A DNA stretch of 63,915 bases, filler included, from Armatimonadota bacterium (GCA_031400935.1; 8 parts of 8 records of this genome joined end to end with filler, not necessarily neighbours in it), one strand, 5' to 3'; shown: positions 30,874 to 40,518, counted from the whole stretch's first letter. Made by a program: numbers and translations. Notes: generated by a model not told the origin, from the letters alone.

Positions 30874-31863
30874 ATGAAACGAAAATTTGCCTGGACTGCG
30901 GGCATCGTCGCCATCGTAAGTCTAGCACTCGCACAGGGGAGCGGAACTTCGGTTCTGCAAGGTTTCGTCAAATCGTTGAACGAATCTTCAGCCCTAAGTG
31001 CGGACTACACTACGCAGGTGGTTGGCGGAAGCCCGACTGAATTCTCAATTGACTTGCAAAAGCCAAACAAGGCTCGAATCGAATCGCCATCCCAGCTAAT
31101 TGTTGCTGACGGCAACAACATTACGACTTTAGAGCGTGGTGCCAATAGCTATTTCAAAGCGCCTCAAACGCAAGAAGCTTTTAACGATCTGTTCAAAAAT
31201 GAAGATGTTTCCATTTGGAAGGCATTTTTTGACAACAAGGCTTTTGAGAAAGTAGTTTCTGCAAAGCTCAAAGGCGAAAGAGTCATGAGCGGCATGAAGC
31301 TTCGGTTGGTCGAGTATTCAACCGACCCGCAAGGCCGAATCTTGAAAACGATGTATTTGGACGACAAGAACGTTCTGCGACGCTTGCAAACTGAAGTAAA
31401 GGATGATTCGGGTTCGATTTCGACGATTATGGTCACGAAATCCCTCGACAACACTGCAACTGCAAACAAATCTGACGATTTTGTGTTCAATGCTCCAGCT
31501 GGATCCAAAGAGATGACTCTTGAGGAAATGAACTCAGGGAAAATCTATTACGATCTGGAAGAAGCCAAGAAGATTGCCGCTGCAACAAAGAAGAAGATCA
31601 TGATTGACTTCTATGCAGATTGGTGAGGTGCTTGCATGAAATGGAATGCAGAGGTTCTGCAATCCGAACAAATTAAGCAATACTTCAAATACTATGTCTT
31701 CTGCAAAATCAATGCTGATCACCAGCCAAATGTCTTACAGGCATACGGTGTCAGCGGCCTACCAACTCACATCGTAGCCGATGCCACAGGCGCGGTAATT
31801 GAGAAATCAGTTGGATACGGGGGCCCAGCTGCGTTCTATGCGTTCCTTGATCGGAATAAGTAG
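30874..31863 (+). CDS. Exported LolA-like + thioredoxin-fold protein, predicted selenoprotein (UxxC, U251, 329 aa)
   Basis: ORF-track entries 30874-31626 and 31636-31863 are in one frame: DFYADW-TGA-GAC-MKW...YGVSGLPT; SECIS-like hairpin follows. Confidence 0.8.
31647..31661 (+). promoter_or_regulatory. Putative bacterial SECIS element
   Basis: UGCAGA-GGU-UCUGCA; loop begins 27 nt after the UGA. Confidence 0.65.
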
Positions 31864-31878
31864 ATTGCGGCCTTGAAA

Positions 31879-31918
31879 CAATTCGCCCGCCATGGTTCAT
31901 GGCGGGCGAATTGGTTTT
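31879..31918 (+). terminator. Intrinsic terminator
   Basis: Perfect 16-bp stem caattcgcccgccatg/catggcgggcgaattg followed by gtttt. Confidence 0.8.
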
Positions 31919-31919
31919 A

Positions 31920-31954
31920 GGGTATGGGGTGGCGGGTATGGGGTGTAGGGTATG
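31920..31954. repeat. GGGTATG heptamer array (left arm of the four-helix-bundle cassette)
   Basis: gggtatg gggtggc gggtatg gggtgta gggtATG; the last unit contains the start codon. Confidence 0.85.
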
Positions 31955-33070
31955 AAGAATCAGTACGTTGGGGATTTCAATGATTTTTGTAAGTACGCCT
32001 TTCTTCGTTTCTTGACTGATGGGGGGCGGAAGAAATTAGGCATTCATTGGATGCTAACGCCGGATGATAACCGATCTGACGGTCGAAAGACTAGTTACTT
32101 AACCAATCCCGATAAGTGGCGTCACATTGATCCTGAACTGTTTGACGCTTTAGCGAAGTGTGTTAATCAACCGGAGCGCAAAAACATTGACTCTATGATC
32201 GAATGTAGCATCTTTGGAAGCGCATTGCATTGGATGGAGATTCAGAACGAAAATTCAAATCGTAATCAAACGCATAAACGATTCTTGCAAGCATCTGCAG
32301 ATTGCGACTTGATTTTCTATGATCCTGACAACGGAATTTTTCCTAAATCGGTTAGTCCCGGCTCAAAGGAAGGTGGAAAATTCGTACATTTCAATGAAAC
32401 AAGGTCTGCCCTAGATGTCGTTGAATCGGTAATTGTGTACCAGCACTTTAGGAGAAACAAAGGTGAATCAAGGGAACAGTTCATTAACCTGCTTCTAAAT
32501 CAGTCGGTTATCCAAACTGGCGCACTTTGTGCATTGGCTTGGAGAACTCCAAATACTTTTTTCTTGGTACTGAGCAAGAATTCGGAATTCAAAACTCTAA
32601 GGGAGCTTCAGCTTTTCGCGAATCAATGGCCAAAGGAGTTTCTATTTGTACATCAAGACGATAAAATCGAAACACCAACTCAGGACCTTGTAAGCGAAAC
32701 TTCTGCGGATTATGGACATCTTCGTTCGTATAAGGAACTCCGAGTTTGGAAAGCTGCGTTTCAGCTTGCTCTAGATGTCTATGAAGTCACATTCTCGTTA
32801 CCTGTCTATGAAAAGTTTGGACTAACTGCCCAAATGCGAAGGTCAGCTACTTCGATTCCATCAAATATAGCTGAAGGCTATTGCCGAAATCACAGGAATG
32901 AGTATCTTCAATTCTTAGGCATTGCAAGAGGCAGTCTTGGGGAGCTTGAGACGCAGGTATTGCTCACGAAAGCAATTTATGAGAATCTAGAAGTTTCAAA
33001 ACTTCTAGACAGCATTGAACAAACAGGCAAACAACTCTTGCAACTTATTCGAAACCTGAAACCCGACTGA
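31952..33070 (+). CDS. Fusion of an uncharacterised N-terminal domain and a four-helix-bundle (23S rRNA IVP/bAvd-like) domain
   Basis: C-terminal SYKELRVWK...EKFGLTAQMRRSATSIPSNIAEG...FLGIARGSLGELETQ; N-terminal YVGDFNDFCKY...DPDNG. Confidence 0.85.
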   Translation: MKNQYVGDFNDFCKYAFLRFLTDGGRKKLGIHWMLTPDDNRSDGRKTSYLTNPDKWRHIDPELFDALAKCVNQPERKNIDSMIECSIFGSALHWMEIQNENSNRNQTHKRFLQASADCDLIFYDPDNGIFPKSVSPGSKEGGKFVHFNETRSALDVVESVIVYQHFRRNKGESREQFINLLLNQSVIQTGALCALAWRTPNTFFLVLSKNSEFKTLRELQLFANQWPKEFLFVHQDDKIETPTQDLVSETSADYGHLRSYKELRVWKAAFQLALDVYEVTFSLPVYEKFGLTAQMRRSATSIPSNIAEGYCRNHRNEYLQFLGIARGSLGELETQVLLTKAIYENLEVSKLLDSIEQTGKQLLQLIRNLKPD

Positions 33071-33096
33071 CCCTAAACCCCATACCCCATGACCCT
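33052..33096. repeat. C-rich heptamer array (right arm, inverted to 31920-31954)
   Basis: aaacctg aaacccg ...ccct aaacccc atacccc atgaccc, spanning the stop and the rdgB start. Confidence 0.75.
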
Positions 33097-33709
33097 CCTC
33101 ATCGCCACACACAATCAGAAGAAGGCCGCCGAAATGGCGACCATCCTCGCCAAACGATTTCCTTTGCTTGAAATCAAAACTCTTGCCGATTTCACTAACT
33201 CTCCCGAACCTGAGGAAACAGGAACTAGCTACGCCGAAAACGCCAGAATCAAAGCAACTTCAGCTTTCAATGCAACAGGGAGTTTGAGCATCGCCGATGA
33301 TGCTGGTCTTGAAATTGATTCGTTCGGCGGCGAACCTGGCCTTTTTTCCAAGCGATTTGGTGGTGAAGAAACACCTTTTCCAGAAAAGATGGCGATGATT
33401 TTGGACCGAATGAAAGAGGCTCAAGAGTCGGAGAGGGGCGCGAGATTTAGGTGCGCAGTTTGTATCGCTTGGAATGGCAGCAATGGCGAGATGGAAATTG
33501 AGAGTTTTGAAGCCACTTGCGAAGGCCGAATCGCTTTCGAGCCAAGCGGGAATGGCGGTTTTGGCTATGATCCGATATTCTTTTTGCCTGAATTGAACTG
33601 CACGATGGCTGACCTAACTGCTGAGCAAAAACATTCGATCAGCCATCGAGGGAAAGTTCTAAAGTTGGCAGGAGATTGGCTCGAAGCCAATCTCCCACAC
33701 TTGATCTGA
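33089..33709 (+). CDS. rdgB: RdgB/HAM1 non-canonical purine NTP pyrophosphatase
   Basis: ATHN..K, ENARIKA, ADDAGL, GFGYDPIF, K..ISHRG. Confidence 0.93.
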   Translation: MTLLIATHNQKKAAEMATILAKRFPLLEIKTLADFTNSPEPEETGTSYAENARIKATSAFNATGSLSIADDAGLEIDSFGGEPGLFSKRFGGEETPFPEKMAMILDRMKEAQESERGARFRCAVCIAWNGSNGEMEIESFEATCEGRIAFEPSGNGGFGYDPIFFLPELNCTMADLTAEQKHSISHRGKVLKLAGDWLEANLPHLI

Positions 33710-33711
33710 TT

Positions 33712-34965
33712 CTACGCTGTTGCTAGTTTTGCGTCTGTCACTTTTGAGAGAGCCGATGCAATTCCAGCCGTCACCTTCAAGACTTCATCTTCTGTTATTG
33801 TCAGGGGCGGTGCGAATCGGAATGTGCGTGCTCTTGTTTCCTTTGTCAGAATCCCAGCATCCAAAAATGCCTTTGAAAGCAGGGAAGTGTCTGTTTCTTC
33901 TGCGACTTCCAAGCCAACCAAAAGGCCCCTATATCGAATGTCTTCAATGCAAGGAAAATCGAGCTTTTTGAGTTCTGATGCAAACAAATCACCCATTTTC
34001 TGAGAGTTTTCCGAAAGCTTCAGATCCTCCATCTCTAGCATCGCAGCAATAGCGACTACACACGCAAGGGAATTGCCTCCAAAGGTTGAGCCATGATCGC
34101 CTGGATTGAAAACGCTAATCACCTCTCTCGAACCCACTACCGCGCTCACAGGCATGATGCCGCCTCCAAGAGCCTTTCCGAGGCACATCAGGTCGGGCTT
34201 AGCATCTTCATGCTCCCAAGCAAAGCGTTTTCCAGTTCGACAGAATCCAGTCTGAATCTCATCCCAAATCAAGAGAACATTGTTCTTGGTGCATAGCTTT
34301 CTCAATGCCGCCATATATCCCACAGGAGGAAAGATGATTCCGCCTTCGGCTTGAATCGGTTCAATTAGAATTGCTGCTGTGTTTGGAGTGATCGCAGATT
34401 CGACAGCTTGGATGTCGCCGAAGGGAACTGTCAAGAATCCGGGAGTAAATGGCCCAAAGTGAGCCTTGTACTGCTCTTCGGTGCTAAATCCAACAATGGT
34501 AGTCGTCCTGCCATGGAAATTGTCTGTGGCAGTCAGAATTTCAGCCTTATCCGCAGGAATTCCCTTGACGGTATATCCCCATTTCCTTGCAAGCTTAATT
34601 GCCGTCTCAATGGCTTCTGCGCCTGTGTTCATCGGGCAAGCCATGTCCATTCCTGTGAATTCGCAAAGTTTCTTTAAGAATACGGCGAGTTCGCTTGTGT
34701 ATACAGCTCGACTCGTGACAGTTACTTTTTTTAGCTGCTCAATCATGGTATTGACAATGAATTCGCTTAAGTGGCCGTTTGCGATCGCAGAATAGGAGCC
34801 GATACAATCTACGTACTGCTTGCCGCTGCCATCCCAAACGTAAATCCCCTTTGCCCGAACGATATTTACGTGGAGTGGATGGTAGTTGTGCGCGCCGTAT
34901 TTTTCGGTCAATTCGATGGCTTGCGCGTCGCTGATGGCTTCAATGCTGTTTAAAATTGGGTTCAT
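33712..34965 (-). CDS. rocD: Ornithine--oxo-acid aminotransferase
   Basis: AHNYHPL, YSA..NGH, PMNTGAEA.ETA.K.ARKWGY.VKG, DEIQTG, HGSTFGGN. Confidence 0.85.
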   Translation of the reverse strand: MNPILNSIEAISDAQAIELTEKYGAHNYHPLHVNIVRAKGIYVWDGSGKQYVDCIGSYSAIANGHLSEFIVNTMIEQLKKVTVTSRAVYTSELAVFLKKLCEFTGMDMACPMNTGAEAIETAIKLARKWGYTVKGIPADKAEILTATDNFHGRTTTIVGFSTEEQYKAHFGPFTPGFLTVPFGDIQAVESAITPNTAAILIEPIQAEGGIIFPPVGYMAALRKLCTKNNVLLIWDEIQTGFCRTGKRFAWEHEDAKPDLMCLGKALGGGIMPVSAVVGSREVISVFNPGDHGSTFGGNSLACVVAIAAMLEMEDLKLSENSQKMGDLFASELKKLDFPCIEDIRYRGLLVGLEVAEETDTSLLSKAFLDAGILTKETRARTFRFAPPLTITEDEVLKVTAGIASALSKVTDAKLATA

Positions 34966-36315
34966 TTATGAAATCTCCTTTGTTATGATTTGTTTGGCTA
35001 AATTAAGTTGGTTGGCGAGGGATGTTTTGCCCGTTGCGCCGATGGAATTTCGATTTTCGATGCAAGCTTCGAGGGTGCCGACCGTTTCTAAGAGTTTATC
35101 CAATTCTGGGTCTCCTGAATGGTCGTTTTGAACCCAAAGTCCGACTCGTTCATGCGCTTTTCGGAATGGAATGCCTTGCAGAACGAGTGCTTCAGCTATC
35201 GCGGTTACAGTTGAATCGCCTTTGCTGGCATTCTCTTTCATTCGTTCAGTGTTGAAAGTGGCCGTGCTTAGCATTCCCGAAACTAGTACCAGGGAATCTT
35301 GAACTGTGCTTGCGGAATCGAATAGCGGCGGTTTGTCCTCTTGAAAATCGCGATTGTATCCAAGCGGAAGTGCCTTCATCATGCTCATTTGAGCAGTCCA
35401 ATGACCGATGACTCGGGCGGAACGTCCGCGAATGAGTTCGGCGAAGTCCGGGTTTCGCTTTTGTGGCATGATACTGCTTCCAGTCGAAAACGCATCATCG
35501 AGCTTCAAATATCCGAATTCATTGGTCGAAAACACAACAATTTCTTGACTGATTCGTGAAAGATGCTGCATGATCGTCGCGAAAATGTGCAGCGCATCGC
35601 TAACGAAGTCGCGGTCGCTGACAGCATCAGATGCGTTCGGCATTGGACGAGAAAAACCAAGCTCCAGACTTGTTTGATTTCGCTCAATGGGCAGGGAAGT
35701 GCCAGCCAACGCCGCCGCTCCAAGGGGACAGTCATCAACAATCTTTAGAGAGGCTTCGATCCGTTTCCAATCGCGTTCGAGCATCCAAAAATACGTTAGC
35801 AAATGAAATCCGAGCGTGACAGGCTGCGCGGGTTGCTGATGCGTGTAGCCGGGCATTGGGTCGTGCAAATGCTTTTCTGCGAGTTCGATCAGCACTTTTT
35901 GAAAGCGTCGAATTTCCTGCGCTATCGAGAAGTATTTTCGCTTGAGCCAAAGTTTGCTGGCCGTTGCGATTTGGTCGTTCCGGCTGCGTCCGGCGTGGAG
36001 TTTTCCAGCAAGTTCTCCTACCGATTCGAAAAGCATGGTTTCGATCGCGCCATGGAGGTCCTCGGACTGTGAAATGAGTTCTGGTTGCTCTAGGATTGCT
36101 GGAGAGATTTTCTCCAAAGCTGTGATCAGCGTTATTGCTTCTTCATTCGACAGTAAACCGCACTTGCCGAGCATTCGCGTGTGAGCGATCGAAACATCAA
36201 TTTCCTCTTGCAGCAGATTCAAATCGCTATAAATGGATTGCCCAAATCGCCATGCAGTTTCATTCATACTTTTGGAAAATGCGCCTCCCCAAAGCTTATT
36301 CTTGACCTCGCTCAT
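34966..36315 (-). CDS. argH: Argininosuccinate lyase
   Basis: LWGG.F, GRSRNDQ, PGYTH.Q, TGSSIMPQKRNPD. Confidence 0.95.
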   Translation of the reverse strand: MSEVKNKLWGGAFSKSMNETAWRFGQSIYSDLNLLQEEIDVSIAHTRMLGKCGLLSNEEAITLITALEKISPAILEQPELISQSEDLHGAIETMLFESVGELAGKLHAGRSRNDQIATASKLWLKRKYFSIAQEIRRFQKVLIELAEKHLHDPMPGYTHQQPAQPVTLGFHLLTYFWMLERDWKRIEASLKIVDDCPLGAAALAGTSLPIERNQTSLELGFSRPMPNASDAVSDRDFVSDALHIFATIMQHLSRISQEIVVFSTNEFGYLKLDDAFSTGSSIMPQKRNPDFAELIRGRSARVIGHWTAQMSMMKALPLGYNRDFQEDKPPLFDSASTVQDSLVLVSGMLSTATFNTERMKENASKGDSTVTAIAEALVLQGIPFRKAHERVGLWVQNDHSGDPELDKLLETVGTLEACIENRNSIGATGKTSLANQLNLAKQIITKEIS

Positions 36316-37508
36316 AGTTTTAGCCCCGCATAAAGAAGGCTGCTCATTCCATGCGCTTTCACCATGCCTTCCATAGAACTTTGCAAAAGGGCATCTGCAT
36401 TATCGAAGCTTGCGATGGCTTCGCTGTAGAGTGCATACGGACTTTCGCGGCCAATGACCTGCATTGCTCCTCTGTACAGTTTGAGCCGAACGGTTCCTGT
36501 TACTCTTTTTTGCATCGAATTGGAAAACGCCATAAGTGATTCAAATAGCGGATCACCCCAAAGCCCCTGATACGCCAAGTCTGCCCATTTTTGATCCACC
36601 AGTGCTTTGAACTGGCGTTCGTCTCCCGTCGAAATCAAACCCTCCAATTCCTTATGCGCTTTTATGAGAAGAACCGCGCCAGGGCACTCGTAGTTTTCCC
36701 GAACCTTGAACCCGATCATCCGGTCTTCCATGATGTCAATTCGCCCGATTCCGTTATCTCCGGCAATCTCATTTGCCTTTGCAATTAGTTCAAGCGGCGC
36801 CATCTGTTGACCATCAATCTTTACCGGAATGCCATTGTCGAGGCTAATTTCAACAACTTGCGGTTCGGCAGGACAATCTGAAATTGAACGAGTCCAAGCA
36901 AAGATTTCTTCTGGTGGCTCATAAGACGGGTCTTCCAATTTGCCGCCTTCAATCGAGCGTCCCCATAGATTTTCGTCAATGCTCCAAATCTTGTTTGCTG
37001 ATTGCCCAATGGGAGCCCCGACCTTGGCAGCGTATTCGATTTCGGCAGTTCTGGTCCAATTGCGCTCCCTTATCGGTGCCTTGATTGGAATTTGAGGAGC
37101 ATATTTCCGCAGTCCGAATTCAATTCGAAATTGATCATTGCCCTTGCCAGTGCATCCATGCACGAAGCAAGCTTCGCCAACTGGCAATTTGAGGCTAAAA
37201 GCATGTTCCGCAGCCTTTTGTGCAATGAGCGGACGAGCAATCGAAGTAGAAAGCGGATATCCGAAGTAGTCCCCATTCATCTTCAGCGCCGCGACGCAAT
37301 ACGTTTCCGCAAATTCTTGCTTGGCATCAACCGTCTTGTGAATCGTGCCAAGTTGAGCGGCTCTAGATTCAGCTTGCGCGATGTCGTCTTTGGGCTGCCC
37401 GACATCAATGCAAACCGTGTAAATGGTCTCAAATCCCTCTTCGCGAAGAACCGGAATGCACACGGTGGTATCCAGTCCACCGCTGAAAATAACGATTGCT
37501 GTCTTCAT
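36312..37508 (-). CDS. argG: Argininosuccinate synthase
   Basis: SGGLDT, HGCTGKGNDQ.R, SIDENLWGRSIEGG. Confidence 0.96.
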   Translation of the reverse strand: MKTAIVIFSGGLDTTVCIPVLREEGFETIYTVCIDVGQPKDDIAQAESRAAQLGTIHKTVDAKQEFAETYCVAALKMNGDYFGYPLSTSIARPLIAQKAAEHAFSLKLPVGEACFVHGCTGKGNDQFRIEFGLRKYAPQIPIKAPIRERNWTRTAEIEYAAKVGAPIGQSANKIWSIDENLWGRSIEGGKLEDPSYEPPEEIFAWTRSISDCPAEPQVVEISLDNGIPVKIDGQQMAPLELIAKANEIAGDNGIGRIDIMEDRMIGFKVRENYECPGAVLLIKAHKELEGLISTGDERQFKALVDQKWADLAYQGLWGDPLFESLMAFSNSMQKRVTGTVRLKLYRGAMQVIGRESPYALYSEAIASFDNADALLQSSMEGMVKAHGMSSLLYAGLKL

Positions 37509-38290
37509 ACAAGAACCCCGTCCAGGATCAAGCTCAGCAATGCCTTTTGAGCATGAAGCCGGTTGTCCGATTGACCAAAGATAGCAGATTGCGGGCCGTC
37601 AATAACACCTTCGCTGACTTCCAGTCCTCGAACCGCTGGCAGGCAATGAAGGAAGATCGCATTTGGATCGGCGAGTGCCATTAGCTCTTCATTAACTTGG
37701 AACTTGGCAAACCGCCGCTTTCGTTCTTCTTCTTCATCCTCCTGCCCCATGCTCACCCAAACGTCCGTGTATATCGCATGTGCACCCTTGGCTGCATCCT
37801 CCGGCTGATAGTTTTGCGTGACGTTAGGGTAGGAATATTCGAGTTCGTCTGCTTCATATCCTGGAGGTGTGCAGATCACGACTTCGTGCCCTAATTGAGC
37901 AGCAACGGTAGCAAAGCTGTTGCAGACGTTGTTTCCGTCGCCAATCCAAGTCAGCTTCAATTTCTGATCGCCGAACTTTTCTTCGATGGTCAAAAGGTCG
38001 GCGAGTGCTTGGCACGGATGTTCCTTGTCCGTTAATGCGTTGATAACGGGAACTGACGACCATTTCGCGAGTTCAACAATGTCGGATTGGCGATAGAGCC
38101 TCGCAACGATTACAGATGCCCAGTTGGATAGAACCCTCGCAGTATCAGCAATTGACTCTCGCTTGCCCATTTCAATATCGTTTTTGGTCAGATAAATCGC
38201 ATGCCCGCCAAGCTCGTTCCAGCCTGTTTCAAATGAAACCCGGGTTCTCAGCGATTGCTTTTCAAAGATCATTGCCATCATGCGGTTTGC
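37505..38290 (-). CDS. argF: Ornithine carbamoyltransferase, 5' truncated
   Basis: SLRTRVSFE, HPCQALAD, DVWVSMG, HCLP. Confidence 0.93.
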   Translation of the reverse strand, partial: ANRMMAMIFEKQSLRTRVSFETGWNELGGHAIYLTKNDIEMGKRESIADTARVLSNWASVIVARLYRQSDIVELAKWSSVPVINALTDKEHPCQALADLLTIEEKFGDQKLKLTWIGDGNNVCNSFATVAAQLGHEVVICTPPGYEADELEYSYPNVTQNYQPEDAAKGAHAIYTDVWVSMGQEDEEEERKRRFAKFQVNEELMALADPNAIFLHCLPAVRGLEVSEGVIDGPQSAIFGQSDNRLHAQKALLSLILDGVLV

Positions 38291-38390
38291 NNNNNNNNNN
38301 NNNNNNNNNNNNNNNNNNNNNNNNNNNNNNNNNNTTAATTAATTAANNNNNNNNNNNNNNNNNNNNNNNNNNNNNNNNNNNNNNNNNNNN
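38291..38390. other. Artificial contig linker
   Basis: N-run/TTAATTAATTAA/N-run. Confidence 0.99.
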
Positions 38391-38588
38391 AAAACTTGGA
38401 TTGAACTTTTGGAAGCGCACGATTTAGCTTCGGCTTGCCAGCTAGAACTGAAACAGCTTCGAAAACTTGGGAACGATGTCAACCTGGTCTATTCGATTCT
38501 GCAATAGGCATTGGAACCCAACAATCGTAACTTCACCTGTGATTGCACGTTTAGAAGTGTGCAGATTCAACTTACGGAGTTGCACAAG

Positions 38589-39668
38589 ATGAAACACATA
38601 TCTAAACTGACTATTGCCACAGCGATGATGCTGACGGTATCCGCGCTTTCGACAGCTGATACGATTCGCATTCGCCGAAACGAAGTGATCAATATTGTAA
38701 TGGGCGATTCGCTAAGCGCAAGCCATACGCGGTCCGGCGACAAATTCATGGCCTGGATTGACGAACGCGGTTTTCCGAGTGGAACTAAGCTGTTTGGAAG
38801 AGTAAACCGGGTTGACCGGCGTCGCGATCACGCCGCTATCGATCTGGAGTTTCAAACCATTAGGTTCCCTGATGGTACTCGAAAATCCATTGATGCCGTA
38901 CCTGTTTCACTATCCCGAGGACGTTATGAACGCAATCGCGACGGTCGTCTCGAAGCGCGAAAGCCAAAGAATTCGGATGCAACTGTAGCTGGCGGTCTAC
39001 TCGCTGGATTCATTCTCGGAAAGATCATCGGCAAACCTGCCGAAGGTGCCTTTTGGGGAACAGTAGCCGGAATTCTTGTTTCCGGAATTGAACAAAGTGA
39101 AGGTGGTGCCTTTTTTAGAAAGGGCGACCGAATGGGTGCCATGTTTGAAAAGGACTTCAATGTGAACGTTCGAATGGATAGGGATGACCGATACGGCCGA
39201 AACGATCCTTGGAATGAAGACCGTGCGAGCCGCCGCGACGAAGACTTTGACCAAAACGACGACCAAAAGCGGGATCCTGAAGATGATCGAAATCGCGAAA
39301 AGGATCGTGATCAGTTCGAATCGAGAAGGGATGAATGTGAGATTCGGTATCGCGGAAAATCAATCGAATTCAATCGAGATGAGATGCCATTCTATTCGGG
39401 ATCCGTATTGATGGTTCCACTGAGCCAAATGGCCGAGCGACTAGGACTTTCGGTGGATGTTCGGGAACAAAATCAGCGCATTTACGTTGAAGATGATGAG
39501 AACTCTGCGATATTGGAATTGTCGTCTAAGCAGTACCGACTTAACGGACGAAAGAAACAACTAAATGGGAACATTGAAACAAGAAACGAGGTCTTATATG
39601 TACCGATACAGTTGTTCGAAGAAATGCGAAAAAATGAAATAGAAGTGCAAAAGAATAGCAGGCGTTAA
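38589..39668 (+). CDS. Exported protein with TrbI-like beta domain, glycine zipper, D/R-rich linker and copper-amine-oxidase N-terminal (stalk)-like domain
   Basis: Signal peptide, LSASHTRSGDKF, GGLLAG...G...G, PFYSGSVLMVPL...LG and LYVPI. Confidence 0.65.
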   Translation: MKHISKLTIATAMMLTVSALSTADTIRIRRNEVINIVMGDSLSASHTRSGDKFMAWIDERGFPSGTKLFGRVNRVDRRRDHAAIDLEFQTIRFPDGTRKSIDAVPVSLSRGRYERNRDGRLEARKPKNSDATVAGGLLAGFILGKIIGKPAEGAFWGTVAGILVSGIEQSEGGAFFRKGDRMGAMFEKDFNVNVRMDRDDRYGRNDPWNEDRASRRDEDFDQNDDQKRDPEDDRNREKDRDQFESRRDECEIRYRGKSIEFNRDEMPFYSGSVLMVPLSQMAERLGLSVDVREQNQRIYVEDDENSAILELSSKQYRLNGRKKQLNGNIETRNEVLYVPIQLFEEMRKNEIEVQKNSRR

Positions 39669-39753
39669 TATGAATAACCTTGAAGTCTAACGAATTATAT
39701 CCGCCCTCCCCCAAGCCCCGTCTCTCGCCCTCAGAGCGGGGCTACTTATTGGG

Positions 39754-39942
39754 TTCTTAGTTTTTAGTTCTTAGTTATTGGTTATTGGTTATTGGTTACC
39801 GGTTGCTAGTTGTTGGATGTTAGATGTTAGATGTTGGTTGCCACAGTTTGTACCGTATAAAAGTTAACGATCTTATGTTTGAAACGGTTGAACTTGCGCT
39901 CTATCTGCGATCTCAACAACAAACAGCTAACAACTAATAACT
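39754..39942. repeat. Inverted heptamer arrays (12 x TTATTGG/TTCTTAG type, then CTAACAA type)
   Basis: Left arm 39754-39837; right arm tcaacaa caaacag ctaacaa ctaataa 39913-39940. Confidence 0.85.
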
Positions 39943-39948
39943 CAGGAA

Positions 39949-40518
39949 TTACATGCTCAAAAAATACTCGTGGACTCCAGGGTCTTGGCTCAATTCAGGG
40001 TGAAAACTTGTACCTAAAATGCGATTTTGTCGAACAGCAACAATCTTGTCCTCTAAAGTTGATAGTATTTCCACACCTGCACCATAAGTGGTAACGACCG
40101 GAGCTCGAATAAACACAGCTTCTATCGTGCGAGAAAGTGGTTCAAAAGGCACACTAGTTGTGAAGCTGTTTATTTGCGCACCAAATGCATTTCTTTTCAC
40201 ACAAATATCTATTAAGTTAAGGGTGAATTGCTCAGGCCGATCTTCAATCGTCCTTGCTAGTAAAATCATTCCCATGCAAGTTCCCCAAATGGGCATACCG
40301 TTTGAAGCGTATTTTGTAATAGCTTCAGCTAACCCATACCTTTGCATTAATAGGCCAACGGTTGTACTCTCGCCTCCTGGAATTATCAGTCGCTCTACTG
40401 TTTTTAATTCCTCAGGAGTTCGGACTTCGATTGCCTCTATCCCTTTCAATTGACTTAACATCAAAATATGGCGCTCAAAATCGCCCTGAATTGCACAAAC
40501 TCCGACTCGAATTGGCAC
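39949..40518 (-). CDS. pdxT: PLP synthase glutaminase subunit
   Basis: QGDF, PGGESTT, GTCMG, RNAFG, FIRAP, FHPE. Confidence 0.94.
   Translation of the reverse strand: MPIRVGVCAIQGDFERHILMLSQLKGIEAIEVRTPEELKTVERLIIPGGESTTVGLLMQRYGLAEAITKYASNGMPIWGTCMGMILLARTIEDRPEQFTLNLIDICVKRNAFGAQINSFTTSVPFEPLSRTIEAVFIRAPVVTTYGAGVEILSTLEDKIVAVRQNRILGTSFHPELSQDPGVHEYFLSM

Noticed and set aside
31952..33070. Diversity-generating retroelement, because of the bAvd-like domain
   Set aside because: No reverse transcriptase and no TR/VR pair seen on this contig.
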